64,000 bases of DNA from Candidatus Giovannonibacteria bacterium RIFCSPHIGHO2_12_FULL_44_22 (GTDB lineage: Bacteria > Patescibacteriota > Minisyncoccia > UBA11713 > 2-01-FULL-45-33): assembly GCA_001778695.1 (NCBI GenBank), contig MFHU01000003.1, forward strand, positions 1,521 through 65,520, in the 5' to 3' direction. The notes under the pieces are model-generated. The model made no database searches. It saw nothing but the letters and a program-made list of their open reading frames with translations, and was not told where the DNA came from. Position numbers and translations under genes: made by a program. Shown here piece after piece: positions 18,547 through 27,399 of this stretch; the first letter of the stretch is position 1; each line of letters begins with the position of its first letter.

Positions 18547-18993
18547 ATGAAAGGCATAACACTAATTGAGCTTTTGGTGAGTATTTCAATAATCGCGGTA
18601 ATAGCTACGATTTTTATTTCCGCTTTTTCAACATTTCGCGAAAATAGCCAGCTTTCGGAAGCGCAATCCGCGATTATCGGCTTGTTAAAAGACGCGCGGA
18701 GCCGGACGCTTTCTTCGCAAAATAAAAGCAACTACGGCATTCATTTTGAAACGGCCAAAGCAGTTCTTTTTAAGGGCGATATTTATAATTCGGCAGACGC
18801 TTCTAACGAGCCATATTTTCTGCCAACTGCCGTTCAAATTGGCGCCATAAATCTTACCAATGGGGTGGTGGACACGGTTTTTACCCGCCTTTTGGGCACA
18901 ACAACCGCTTCGGGCACCGTGACTATTTCTTCAAAACGCACTGGCGGCTCCTTCCGCGTCATAACGATTCTGGGCACAGGCAACGCGCAATAA
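18547..18993 (+). CDS. prepilin-type N-terminal cleavage/methylation domain pilin
   Basis: MKGITLIELLVSISIIAVIA class III signal sequence. Confidence 0.75.
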   Translation: MKGITLIELLVSISIIAVIATIFISAFSTFRENSQLSEAQSAIIGLLKDARSRTLSSQNKSNYGIHFETAKAVLFKGDIYNSADASNEPYFLPTAVQIGAINLTNGVVDTVFTRLLGTTTASGTVTISSKRTGGSFRVITILGTGNAQ

Positions 18994-19012
18994 TTTATGG
19001 TAAAATAACATC

Positions 19013-19489
19013 ATGAAAGGTTTTGGCATTTTAGAAATTGTAATTGCGGTTTCAATAATCAGCGCCACGATTTTTTCGCTGTCCTTTGTTTTTATTATTT
19101 CCAGCCGCCTGGAAGAAGCATCTTTAAATAAAATCCGGGCCAATTTTCTTGCCGAAGAAGGTCTGGAAGCTACGCGATTTTTGCGCGACCAAAGCTGGGC
19201 AACTAATCTAGGAGGCCTTTCAATCGGCACAACTTATTATCTATCCTTCAACGCAGTAAACTCCGTTTGGTCTATCAATACATCCAACCCTGGCCTTATT
19301 GATAATTTATTTTTAAGAAAAGTGACGGCGGAAAATGTTTGTAGAAACGACTCTTATGACATTGTAAGCTCCTGCGGGACATTGGATCCGGATACAAAAA
19401 AAATAAATGTATCCGTTGAGTGGCTGGAGCGCGGCTCAACCGCAACTATAAGCGCGAGCACGTATTTATCGGATATTTTTGATAATTAA
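19013..19489 (+). CDS. pilin-like (prepilin-type N-terminal domain) protein
   Basis: MKGFGILEIVIAVSIISATIF N-terminus. Confidence 0.65.
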   Translation: MKGFGILEIVIAVSIISATIFSLSFVFIISSRLEEASLNKIRANFLAEEGLEATRFLRDQSWATNLGGLSIGTTYYLSFNAVNSVWSINTSNPGLIDNLFLRKVTAENVCRNDSYDIVSSCGTLDPDTKKINVSVEWLERGSTATISASTYLSDIFDN

Positions 19490-19492
19490 AAT

Positions 19493-19960
19493 ATGCGCGG
19501 ATATACATTATTGGAAACAGTGATCTATGTGGGTATTTTAGCGGTTATCGCCGTCTTGGCTTTGGGGTCAATACTTTCCGTTTACAAAGCTTTCGGAAAA
19601 ACAAAAATAGAAAGAAAACTGGCTTTGAACGGTGACATCGCTGTTGAGAGAATGGTGCGCAGTGTCCGTTCGGCGACCAGCACTGATACATCGGTGAGCG
19701 TTTTCGGCATCCACCCCGGAATTTTAAAAATCGGCGGGACGAAATTTTCGCTTTTGGGGTCGGTTTTACAAGTTACAGAGAACGGAGAAGCTCCGCAAGA
19801 TTTAACATCTGACGTGAATGTCAGCAGTTTAGTATTTTACCGCACAGTTTCCGCGAATTCCGAAATAATAAAAATAGAGCTGGCGCTTCAGGCTGGGACT
19901 GGAATATTCCAAAAAAGTAAAAATTTTTACGGGTCGGCGGTATTAAGAGGAGCGTATTAA
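19493..19960 (+). CDS. pilin-like (prepilin-type N-terminal domain) protein
   Basis: MRGYTLLETVIYVGILAVIAV N-terminus. Confidence 0.65.
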   Translation: MRGYTLLETVIYVGILAVIAVLALGSILSVYKAFGKTKIERKLALNGDIAVERMVRSVRSATSTDTSVSVFGIHPGILKIGGTKFSLLGSVLQVTENGEAPQDLTSDVNVSSLVFYRTVSANSEIIKIELALQAGTGIFQKSKNFYGSAVLRGAY

Positions 19961-19970
19961 ATCTTGAAAC

Positions 19971-21737
19971 ATGAAACTTAAAACGCAAAATCAGGAACAA
20001 GTCCGGCAAAAAACAGGGCAAGCAGCTTTGATTGCGGTGATGCTAATGCTGATAATTATGCTTTCGGCTATTTTTGGAGCTTCGTCAGTTGCTTTAAAAG
20101 AGGCCAAGGTTGCCGAAGAAAATAAAAAATCAAAGCTCTCATTTTTTGCGGCCGAAGCCGGATTGGAAGACGCCGTTTACAGGCTGAAAAGGGGCAAAAT
20201 CGTCAGTTCTTCTTTTTCCATTTTGCTAAACGGCGCGACTTCCAACACCACCGTCACTTCTGCCGGCGGTCGGCGAGACGTGTATTCCGAAGGTGATCTT
20301 GCTGGAAATGTGCGTGCCTTAAACGCCGCGCTTTTAAATAGCGACGGGGTGAGCTTTTATTACGGAGTGCAAGTGGGAGACGGCGGGCTTGAAATGAGCA
20401 ATAACTCCACAATCAACGGCAATGTTTTTTCAAACGGAAGTATTGTCGGAAGCAACGGGACGATTATTACGGGGGACGCGATTGTGGCAGGAGGCATCAA
20501 CACAAATCCCAGCTTGGAATGGGCAATTCAAAATTCGGACAATTTTTTTGCCACAGCGACCGGAAATAGGGATATAACGCAGTCTTTTATCGCCAACGCC
20601 ACCAATAAGCTTAACAAGGTTGCGGTTTATTTGGGAAAAGTCGGCAATCCCACATCAAATATCACTTTGAGAATAAATACCGACAATGGAAATAAGCCAT
20701 CAACAACAAGCATCGCGAGCGCCACAATACAATACACGTCAGTCGGATTGACGCCAGGATGGATAGGTGTCGCGCTTCCTTCCCCGCCGAATATCACTAA
20801 TGGCACAAAATACTGGATAGTTTTGGATTATGGTTCAAACTCCGCTTCCAATTATTGGAATTGGAGAAAAGATTCTTCCGACAATTATTTAAATAACACC
20901 GGCAAATATACTTCAAACTGCTGTTCCGGAAACCCTGTTTGGACGAACGTGGGCGGTGATTTGGCATTTCAAGCTTGGATAGGTGGAGTAAACACAAAAA
21001 TTGATGGATTAACCATAGGAAACGCGAGTTCAGGAACCGGGCGCGCGAATTTATTTGTTAACACAACAATACACGGCTCCGCGTGCCCGAACCAATATTG
21101 CATAGTGGAAAATCCAGCAAGAGAAGAAATGCCTATATCGGCTGGGCTGATACAGGATTGGAAAGACGCTGCGGCGACGGGAGGCATATGTGTACAACCG
21201 CAATGCGATGCACTTGGCAACCTTTTTCTTTCCAATGGAGCATCAGCCAATCTCGGCCCGATAAAAATAAACGGAAATTTAACACTTTCAAATAATGCCA
21301 CATTGACTGTTACTGGAGTCATTTGGGTAGCGGGAAATATAAACGTTTCAAATAATTGCAATGTGCGCTTAAGCCCGAGTTACGGAAGTTTATCTGGCAT
21401 GATAGTTACTGATGGAACGGTGCGCGTGTCTAATAACTGCGTTTTTTCCGGGTCGGGGACTACAGGGAGTTATATAATGCTCCTTTCAGCTAAAAACGCT
21501 CCGACATCCGATGTTATAGAAGTAAACAACAACGCGACCGGAGTAATTTATTACGCCAGCAACGGACGGATTGAATTTGAAAATAACGCTGCCGCCAAAG
21601 AAGCCGTCGCTTACGGAATAGATATGGAAAACGGGGCTACGATTACTTACGAAACCGGCTTGGCTAACATCAATTTTTCCTCCGGACCGTCGGGAGGATG
21701 GGATATTAATAGCTGGCAAGAAACTTTACCGCAATGA
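19971..21737 (+). CDS. large pilus-associated protein with PilX-like N-terminal hydrophobic segment and Asn/Gly/Ser-rich repetitive body (putative minor pilin/tip adhesin)
   Basis: 588 aa. N-terminus QAALIAVMLMLIIMLSAIFGASSVAL. Long low-complexity N/G/S/T-rich beta-rich region. Sits inside the pilus operon. Confidence 0.5.
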   Translation: MKLKTQNQEQVRQKTGQAALIAVMLMLIIMLSAIFGASSVALKEAKVAEENKKSKLSFFAAEAGLEDAVYRLKRGKIVSSSFSILLNGATSNTTVTSAGGRRDVYSEGDLAGNVRALNAALLNSDGVSFYYGVQVGDGGLEMSNNSTINGNVFSNGSIVGSNGTIITGDAIVAGGINTNPSLEWAIQNSDNFFATATGNRDITQSFIANATNKLNKVAVYLGKVGNPTSNITLRINTDNGNKPSTTSIASATIQYTSVGLTPGWIGVALPSPPNITNGTKYWIVLDYGSNSASNYWNWRKDSSDNYLNNTGKYTSNCCSGNPVWTNVGGDLAFQAWIGGVNTKIDGLTIGNASSGTGRANLFVNTTIHGSACPNQYCIVENPAREEMPISAGLIQDWKDAAATGGICVQPQCDALGNLFLSNGASANLGPIKINGNLTLSNNATLTVTGVIWVAGNINVSNNCNVRLSPSYGSLSGMIVTDGTVRVSNNCVFSGSGTTGSYIMLLSAKNAPTSDVIEVNNNATGVIYYASNGRIEFENNAAAKEAVAYGIDMENGATITYETGLANINFSSGPSGGWDINSWQETLPQ

Positions 21738-22786
21738 TGATGCCAAGTTTTTTACGGCTTCCCATTTACGCTTTTGAGCTTTCCGACAAGTCTTACAAAT
21801 ACCTGCGCTTGAAAGAAGAGCGCGGCGGGATTGTGTTGGACGATTTTGGCGAGGGCGAGATCGCCGCCGGAGTTATAGAGCACGGAGAAATCAAAAAAAA
21901 GGACATACTCAAAGCGCTTTTAAAAGAACTTTTTTCCAAAAAAAATATACATTTTACGGCAATTTCTTTGCCGGAAGAAAAAGGATTTTTGGAAAACATC
22001 CAGCTTACGGGAATTAAAGAGAGTGAACTGCGCCAAGCCTTGGAACTGCAATTGGAAGAGCACGTGCCCTTGCCGCCTTCCGAGGTGATTTTTGATTATA
22101 TTTTGGCGCGTAACGAAAAAAATCATTTAGACGTGGCGCTCAACGCTTTTCCGCGCGCTTTGGTTGAAGATTATCTTGAAGTTTTTTCCTCGGCTGGCGT
22201 TTCGCCGACTTTTATGGAATCAGAGCTCACCGCCGCGACAAGATCAATAGTGCCACAGGACTTCGCTTCGCCCGCCATGGTGCTGGATTGGGGCAAAACC
22301 AGAATTAGTTTTTTTATCGTGGAGAACCGCGTTTTAAGATTCGCCTCCACAGTGCCTATAGGCGGCGAGATGCTGGATCAAGCCATAGCCAAAAATTTAA
22401 ACGTGAGCCTTGAAGAAGCCCAAAAATTAAAAGCCAAAAAAGGATTTTTGCAGGACAAGGATTCTTTACCGGTGTTTCAGGCGATTGTGCCAGTTGTTAC
22501 AGCCATACGCGAAGAAGCGGAAAAATATATTAATTTTTGGCAAACCCATTCGGAAAATAAGGAAGCGCCAAAAAAACTTTTTCTTTCGGGTGGGGACGCT
22601 AATCTGCCTGGCTTGCCGCAATATCTGGAGCAAGAGCTGGGTTTGCCGGTGGTTATGGCCAATCCTTGGGTCAACGTGAAATTTCCAAAATACTATCTGC
22701 CCAATTTGGAATTTAAAGACGCCGTCCGTTTCTCGATTTCCATCGGCATGGCTTTGGCCGCGATGGATAAAGAAAAAACCATATGA
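21734..22786 (+). CDS. pilM: type IV pilus assembly protein PilM (actin-like ATPase fold)
   Basis: 350 aa with PilM/FtsA-like architecture. Overlaps the upstream gene by 4 nt. Confidence 0.8.
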   Translation: MMMPSFLRLPIYAFELSDKSYKYLRLKEERGGIVLDDFGEGEIAAGVIEHGEIKKKDILKALLKELFSKKNIHFTAISLPEEKGFLENIQLTGIKESELRQALELQLEEHVPLPPSEVIFDYILARNEKNHLDVALNAFPRALVEDYLEVFSSAGVSPTFMESELTAATRSIVPQDFASPAMVLDWGKTRISFFIVENRVLRFASTVPIGGEMLDQAIAKNLNVSLEEAQKLKAKKGFLQDKDSLPVFQAIVPVVTAIREEAEKYINFWQTHSENKEAPKKLFLSGGDANLPGLPQYLEQELGLPVVMANPWVNVKFPKYYLPNLEFKDAVRFSISIGMALAAMDKEKTI

Positions 22787-23349
22787 ACTTACTTACTCCA
22801 AATTATGAAAAAGAATTCCGCCACGAGAAAATTATCCGTGTTTGGATAAGCTTCCTTATAATTTTGATAATCGTCGCCGCTACCGGACTGGTTTTTATGC
22901 TGCCGTCTTATTTCGCGCTCGCGCTTTCCAAGGACGATATTTTGCGCAGGCTTCAGGCCGAAGAAAAAGTATTTGAAAAAAAAGAATTTAAAAGCCTGGA
23001 AGAAAAAATAACGTCTTTAAACGAGAAAATTTTCACTTTTGAAAAGAGCGAAAAAAGGCGGCATGATTTCGCGCCACTTTTAAATAAAATCGCGATCAAT
23101 ACCGTTTCCGGCATCAGCTTAACTTTGATTACTTTAAGTAAAAATGAGCAGGGGCTCTTCACTTTTTCCGTGACGGGAGAAACGGACGCCAGAGACAATC
23201 TTTTAAAATACATCGATCGTTTGAGAGCGGTTAAGGAATTTTCTTCGATAAATTCTCCAGTTGCTAATTTGCTTAAGGAAAATAAAGCTTCTTTTTCCTT
23301 GGAAATTAAAATTAATCCCGAGGCCTACAAATATGAATCTGTTAAATAA
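22783..23349 (+). CDS. pilN: PilN-like bitopic membrane protein
   Basis: 188 aa with a single TM helix after a short cytoplasmic N-terminus, then coiled coil. Position is after pilM. Confidence 0.55.
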   Translation: MNLLTPNYEKEFRHEKIIRVWISFLIILIIVAATGLVFMLPSYFALALSKDDILRRLQAEEKVFEKKEFKSLEEKITSLNEKIFTFEKSEKRRHDFAPLLNKIAINTVSGISLTLITLSKNEQGLFTFSVTGETDARDNLLKYIDRLRAVKEFSSINSPVANLLKENKASFSLEIKINPEAYKYESVK

Positions 23350-23869
23350 CAAAAAACCCTTTTGGGCGCTGGCGGCGGGATTTACGATACTGGCCATATT
23401 GGGCGCTTTGATTTGGTTTACTTACGGAAAAATACAGCAGGCCAGCGCCGTTTCCGCGGAAGCCGAAGGCAAAATCGCCCTCTTGGAAAAAAAGGAGCGT
23501 GAATTTTCTTTAGCCGAATCAAACCTCAAAGATTTCGGCCCGGAAATTGATCTTTTGGACGGTGCTTTTCTTTCTGAGGGCACTTTCGTTGATTTTTTAC
23601 GCCTTTTGGAAAGCCTGGCCAAAAAAACGGGAGTTAAATTTTCCGCCCAGAACGCCAAGCTGCCTCAATCGGATAAAGAAATAGCCAGCTTGAATTTTGA
23701 AATAACTGGAAATTTCCGCGGAGTTGCCGATTTTTTCGCGCTGCTTGATAAAATTCCCTACGCTGGCATTGTTGATAGCGCCATTATTTCTCCCAAAGCC
23801 GATGGGCAAAAAAGAACCGGCGTGATTACCGCTAGGATAAATTATATTATATTTAATTTCAAAATATGA
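23333..23869 (+). CDS. PilO-like bitopic membrane protein
   Basis: Start set at the internal Met (MNLLNNKKPFWALAAGFTILAILGALIWF). One TM helix plus coiled coil. Position is after pilN. Confidence 0.45.
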   Translation: MNLLNNKKPFWALAAGFTILAILGALIWFTYGKIQQASAVSAEAEGKIALLEKKEREFSLAESNLKDFGPEIDLLDGAFLSEGTFVDFLRLLESLAKKTGVKFSAQNAKLPQSDKEIASLNFEITGNFRGVADFFALLDKIPYAGIVDSAIISPKADGQKRTGVITARINYIIFNFKI

Positions 23870-24162
23870 AGTTAAAAAATTTATTTTCAAAAATAGGGCG
23901 CAGGCCGCAGGGTCCCGTAACCATAGAATCAATCTGGACAGCGGGTTTGGTAATCGCCCTAGTTTTACTTTTAGCGGCGCTTTGGGCGGATTATTTTCTT
24001 ATCTATAAAAAATTCGTGGTGGAGAAATTATTACCGGCGCAATTTGAGGCTTCCGGGTCTTTTCTTAAAAAAACCAATCTGGAAAATGCCGGGAAAAAAC
24101 TCCGCGAGAGAAAAACATTTTTGGATAATCCAACTTCTCAATTTGTGGAAAGCCCTTTTTGA
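23866..24162 (+). CDS. small membrane protein, last gene of the pilus operon
   Basis: 98 aa with one TM helix. Overlaps the upstream gene. Confidence 0.35.
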   Translation: MKLKNLFSKIGRRPQGPVTIESIWTAGLVIALVLLLAALWADYFLIYKKFVVEKLLPAQFEASGSFLKKTNLENAGKKLRERKTFLDNPTSQFVESPF

Positions 24163-24191
24163 TGTTAGAATTTTTCCGAGTACGAGCTTTT

Positions 24192-24263
24192 CTCCTCGTA
24201 GTTCAATGGATAGAACGGCGCTCTTCTAAGGCGTATATGGGGGTTCGATTCCCTCCGAGGGGA
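24192..24263 (+). tRNA. tRNA-Arg (anticodon TCT)
   Basis: Cloverleaf with anticodon loop CTTCTAA and T-arm GGGGGTTCGATTCCCTC. Acceptor has one G-U pair. Confidence 0.65.
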
Positions 24264-24368
24264 TAAAAAATATTTAAATTTAAAAAATCGTATTAAAAAC
24301 TTGCTGTTTTAGGCACAAACATTTGTCGAGTTTGAATGAGAATGTAAGTTATATTATGATTACGATAC

Positions 24369-24617
24369 ATGAGCTATGAACTTACAAAACACGCGAGAGA
24401 ACGAATGGAGGAACGGACTATATCTAAAGAGCTCATTGAGGAGGCCTTGCGTAACCCTACAAAAGTTTGGTATGATGAAGATGGCAGGATTCTTATCAAA
24501 AAGTTATATAAGAAAAAAGACAAGGAAAGGCTTTTGCTCATCATCGGCGAGAAAGCTAACGGAAAATTAAAAATTATTACTATTATTGAGACATCAAAGA
24601 TTAAAAAATATTTATGA
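24369..24617 (+). CDS. DUF4258-family toxin-like protein
   Basis: LTKHARERMEERTISKELIEEAL N-terminus is typical of DUF4258. Translationally coupled to the downstream DUF2283 gene. Confidence 0.55.
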   Translation: MSYELTKHARERMEERTISKELIEEALRNPTKVWYDEDGRILIKKLYKKKDKERLLLIIGEKANGKLKIITIIETSKIKKYL

Positions 24618-24853
24618 AAAAGAATAAACCCAAAATTTCATATGACAAAGAGAGCAAGGTGCTAATGGTAGAACTGAAACCAGCAAAAAGCGTGGATTCA
24701 GATATTCATGGCAACATTGTTATTGATTATGACAAAAAAGGAGAAGCCATCAGAGTTAATTTCTATCAGTTTAACTTTGAGGAATTTGCGAAAGGGCTTA
24801 GATCCTTAAAAGAATTTGCACGAGATTCCCGCGCCGCCCTCATTACCAGATAA
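24614..24853 (+). CDS. DUF2283-family protein (putative antitoxin partner)
   Basis: ISYDKESKVLMVEL...GNIVIDYDKKGEAIRVNF matches the DUF2283 pattern. Confidence 0.6.
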   Translation: MKKNKPKISYDKESKVLMVELKPAKSVDSDIHGNIVIDYDKKGEAIRVNFYQFNFEEFAKGLRSLKEFARDSRAALITR

Positions 24854-24975
24854 AGAACCCGGAGAAAAACATCGGCGCGAACCATATTTTGATTTTGGGG
24901 GACGGGAAATTTTTTAATCCTAGAATCTATAAAATTTAGGCCTTGAAACAGCAGAGATGCTGATTTTTTGTGGGC

Positions 24976-25004
24976 TTGACTTCCAGTCCATAATATGCTA
25001 TTCT
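24976..25004 (+). promoter_or_regulatory. sigma-70-like promoter for the high-GC cassette gene
   Basis: TTGACT, 17-bp spacer, TATTCT, about 95 nt upstream of the ATG. The leader contains the hairpin CCACGAGGGCATCGTGG and a strong GAAGGAGG Shine-Dalgarno. Confidence 0.4.
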
Positions 25005-25097
25005 CAACGGCATCGGAATCATGGTAGAAACCTTGTAAATCCGGTAACCCCGCCACGAGGGCATCGTGGTAACTCAGTACCTTGAAGGAGGAGTCAA

Positions 25098-25463
25098 ATG
25101 ACTCAAAACAATCAGGTCGTTGCCAGTGTTCTGGAAGTTCTCGAAGGAGTGGGGCTCAATCACTCCTGTACGATGGGCAAGGCGGTCATCCTGGAGGGAG
25201 GTCTCAGTGATCACATGAAAGCCCTTCGCGTCTCCACCTTTCGTGACGCCATCACGGGCGGCACCGGATTCATCAACCGCCCTGTCGTCCAGCAGAACAT
25301 GCTTCCGGCTCGCCGAGCTTTGCTCGCCCATGTCGCGAGTGTCCTGCAGGAGAAGGGAGCCACTCTCAAGAGTAAGGAGGACTTTCACGGCCCTACGGTG
25401 GACGAGGTTTACCACTTCGTCATCGAGGGTCAGGAAGTCGACCTCGTGCTCATGCCGGGCTGA
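25098..25463 (+). CDS. hypothetical protein encoded by a high-GC cassette
   Basis: 121-aa ORF. Local GC is far above the window average. Perfect Shine-Dalgarno GAAGGAGG 7 nt upstream. Followed by a strong intrinsic terminator. Confidence 0.6.
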   Translation: MTQNNQVVASVLEVLEGVGLNHSCTMGKAVILEGGLSDHMKALRVSTFRDAITGGTGFINRPVVQQNMLPARRALLAHVASVLQEKGATLKSKEDFHGPTVDEVYHFVIEGQEVDLVLMPG

Positions 25464-25480
25464 ACCAGGCATGCGACATT

Positions 25481-25527
25481 CCCCGAGCCCTTGCGAAACA
25501 CGTTTTCGCTCGGGGCTCTTCTTTTTT
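25481..25527 (+). terminator. rho-independent terminator
   Basis: CCCCGAGC...GCGAAA-CACG-TTTCGC...GCTCGGGG compound hairpin, followed by CTCTTCTTTTTTC. Confidence 0.6.
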
Positions 25528-25730
25528 CTAAAATCATTGTAATTTTCATAAAAATTGATTATTCTTTAGGTATTCGCTTTGCGAATTCTGAATTAGTTGC
25601 CGCCAAAGAAAAATTGGAAATTGTTATCGGTGCGGCTTCGCCGCAAATTCTAAATTTTTTCGTGGGGGGAATTCCTCGCCGCCTGCGGCGGCGAAAACCG
25701 TTCGAACTATCTCAAGAATACCGCGAAAAC

Positions 25731-26075
25731 ATGAAATTGACAGAAAAAATATCAAAAGTATTTATAGAAACACTGCCAATATTTTTTGGAATACTCTTGT
25801 CATATTTATTTTGGGAAAATAATATGTTGCTTTTTATAATTTATCTTGCGTTAACTTTGGGCTTGATTTATTTTCATAAGGACAAAATCGAATTTATTAT
25901 TTTCGCATATGGTATTTTGGTCGGCGCAATCGTTGAAATTATCGGCACTCAAGTTAGTGGCTATCAATCTTTTACGAAACCTGATTTTGGGGGTATTCCT
26001 ATATGGCTGCCTGTTGTTTGGGGATATGGCTTTGTTGCAATGAAACGAATCAGTTTCGTTCTTAAAAACTTATAA
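25731..26075 (+). CDS. hypothetical membrane protein
   Basis: Start set at the internal Met after the terminator. About 114 aa with three or four TM helices. Confidence 0.4.
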   Translation: MKLTEKISKVFIETLPIFFGILLSYLFWENNMLLFIIYLALTLGLIYFHKDKIEFIIFAYGILVGAIVEIIGTQVSGYQSFTKPDFGGIPIWLPVVWGYGFVAMKRISFVLKNL

Positions 26076-26236
26076 GTTTCTAATTTGCAATCTCCACACT
26101 ATAGCTGGCAAATTGCAAATTCTATTTATCGCTAAAAAATTTAATGTGATGAGTATACTCGTTTTTGCTCGATCGTAGCAAATTGAGTATATATGTTTTT
26201 GTCTTTAGTTTCTTTAGTTTTAAGTATTTTTACTAT

Positions 26237-26677
26237 TTACTCATTCTTCACTTTGAGTTTTGAGATGCGGGCTTTGTCCAGTTTGGGGAGTTTGATAGTT
26301 AAAAGGCCGTTTTTCATTGTCGCTTCCGCTTCGTCGGAATCAACTTCCTGCGGAAGCAAAATGGAACGTGAAAACGCGCCCCAATAAAGTTCTTGATAAA
26401 AATAGTCGTTGCCGGAAATTTCCTTTTGGCGCTCGCGCTTTCCGCGGAGCGTTACCATATCATGCGTTACCTCCACATCCAAATCATCTAATCTTACCCC
26501 ACCCACAATCGCTTGCACCATAATTTCTTCCGGCGTTTGCCAGACGTCAATCGTAAGCTGGCCTTCCTCGTCTTGAGGCAGGTCATGTTTCTGGGTTTTG
26601 TGGAGCATTCCGGATTCCTCAACCGGTTCCACTTTAACGCTCCCGGTAAGCCGTTCAAAAAATGATCTTTTTTCCAT
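26237..26677 (-). CDS. Hsp20/alpha-crystallin family small heat-shock protein
   Basis: 146 aa with alpha-crystallin domain (DVWQTPEEIMVQA..., GLLTIKLPK). Confidence 0.88.
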   Translation of the reverse strand: MEKRSFFERLTGSVKVEPVEESGMLHKTQKHDLPQDEEGQLTIDVWQTPEEIMVQAIVGGVRLDDLDVEVTHDMVTLRGKRERQKEISGNDYFYQELYWGAFSRSILLPQEVDSDEAEATMKNGLLTIKLPKLDKARISKLKVKNE

Positions 26678-26682
26678 ATAAG

Positions 26683-27399
26683 TTATATTTTAGCACGTTT
26701 AGCTCTTTCAAATAAAACCAGGGCAATGGCGGCGCCCAAAATTACGAATGATGTAATCCAAATCTGGTTCAGCACGCCACCTACGCTTTTTATTATAAAA
26801 AAATTATAAAAACCGTGCAACAAGGTGGCGAAAAATAACCCAATAAACAGCTCTCGGAGCCGTCGCTCCTTGTGAAAAAACGAAAAAGCGAACGCGGAGC
26901 CTATGATTGCCGTGGCCGAAACGTGAATCAATAGGGCATTGATAAACCGGAAAGCGCTGACCATGACGGATTGGGTTACGCCGACTTTCAGAGACTCGCC
27001 CAAAAATAAAATATTTTCCAGCGCCGCGAAACCCAAAGCGGCCGCGACCATGTAAATCATGGCGTCCACGGGCTCGTCAAAATATTTGCTGCGGATGGCC
27101 GTAAAAAAAGCCGCGGCGGTTTTGGTGATTTCCTCCAAAAAAGCGAACCCGAAAATATTTAATATTGAGAACCAAAAAGCTCCGTATCCGAAAAATTTTT
27201 GGAAAACATTATTTGCCGAAGAAAAACTATTTTCCAAAATTATCGCCACAACCACTCCTAGCATGCCGGCAAGAAACACTAGTAAAATTTCCCGGCGCGG
27301 CTCTGGATGGTCATCCTCTTTCAGCCAAAACCAAAGCCAAAAAAGTGAAGGCAGAAATGCCAGCGCTCCCGCCAAAAAAATATAAGCTAGGAAATCCAT
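26683..27399 (-). CDS. PrsW/CPBP-like intramembrane metalloprotease
   Basis: 238 aa polytopic protein. Motifs EEITK (EExxK), FAALENILF and HGFYN (HxxxN). Confidence 0.6.
   Translation of the reverse strand: MDFLAYIFLAGALAFLPSLFWLWFWLKEDDHPEPRREILLVFLAGMLGVVVAIILENSFSSANNVFQKFFGYGAFWFSILNIFGFAFLEEITKTAAAFFTAIRSKYFDEPVDAMIYMVAAALGFAALENILFLGESLKVGVTQSVMVSAFRFINALLIHVSATAIIGSAFAFSFFHKERRLRELFIGLFFATLLHGFYNFFIIKSVGGVLNQIWITSFVILGAAIALVLFERAKRAKI

Noticed and set aside
25074-25472. 132-aa minus-strand ORF opposite the high-GC cassette gene
   Set aside because: High GC suppresses stop codons on all frames. The plus-strand ORF has a perfect ribosome-binding site, promoter and terminator, whereas the minus-strand ORF has none.
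26080-26236. CIRCE-like heat-shock operator near hsp20
   Set aside because: The inverted repeat present (AATTTGCAA...TTGCAAATT, plus palindrome GAGTATACTC) lies downstream of the convergent hsp20 gene and does not match the CIRCE consensus TTAGCACTC-N9-GAGTGCTAA. More likely a bidirectional terminator region.
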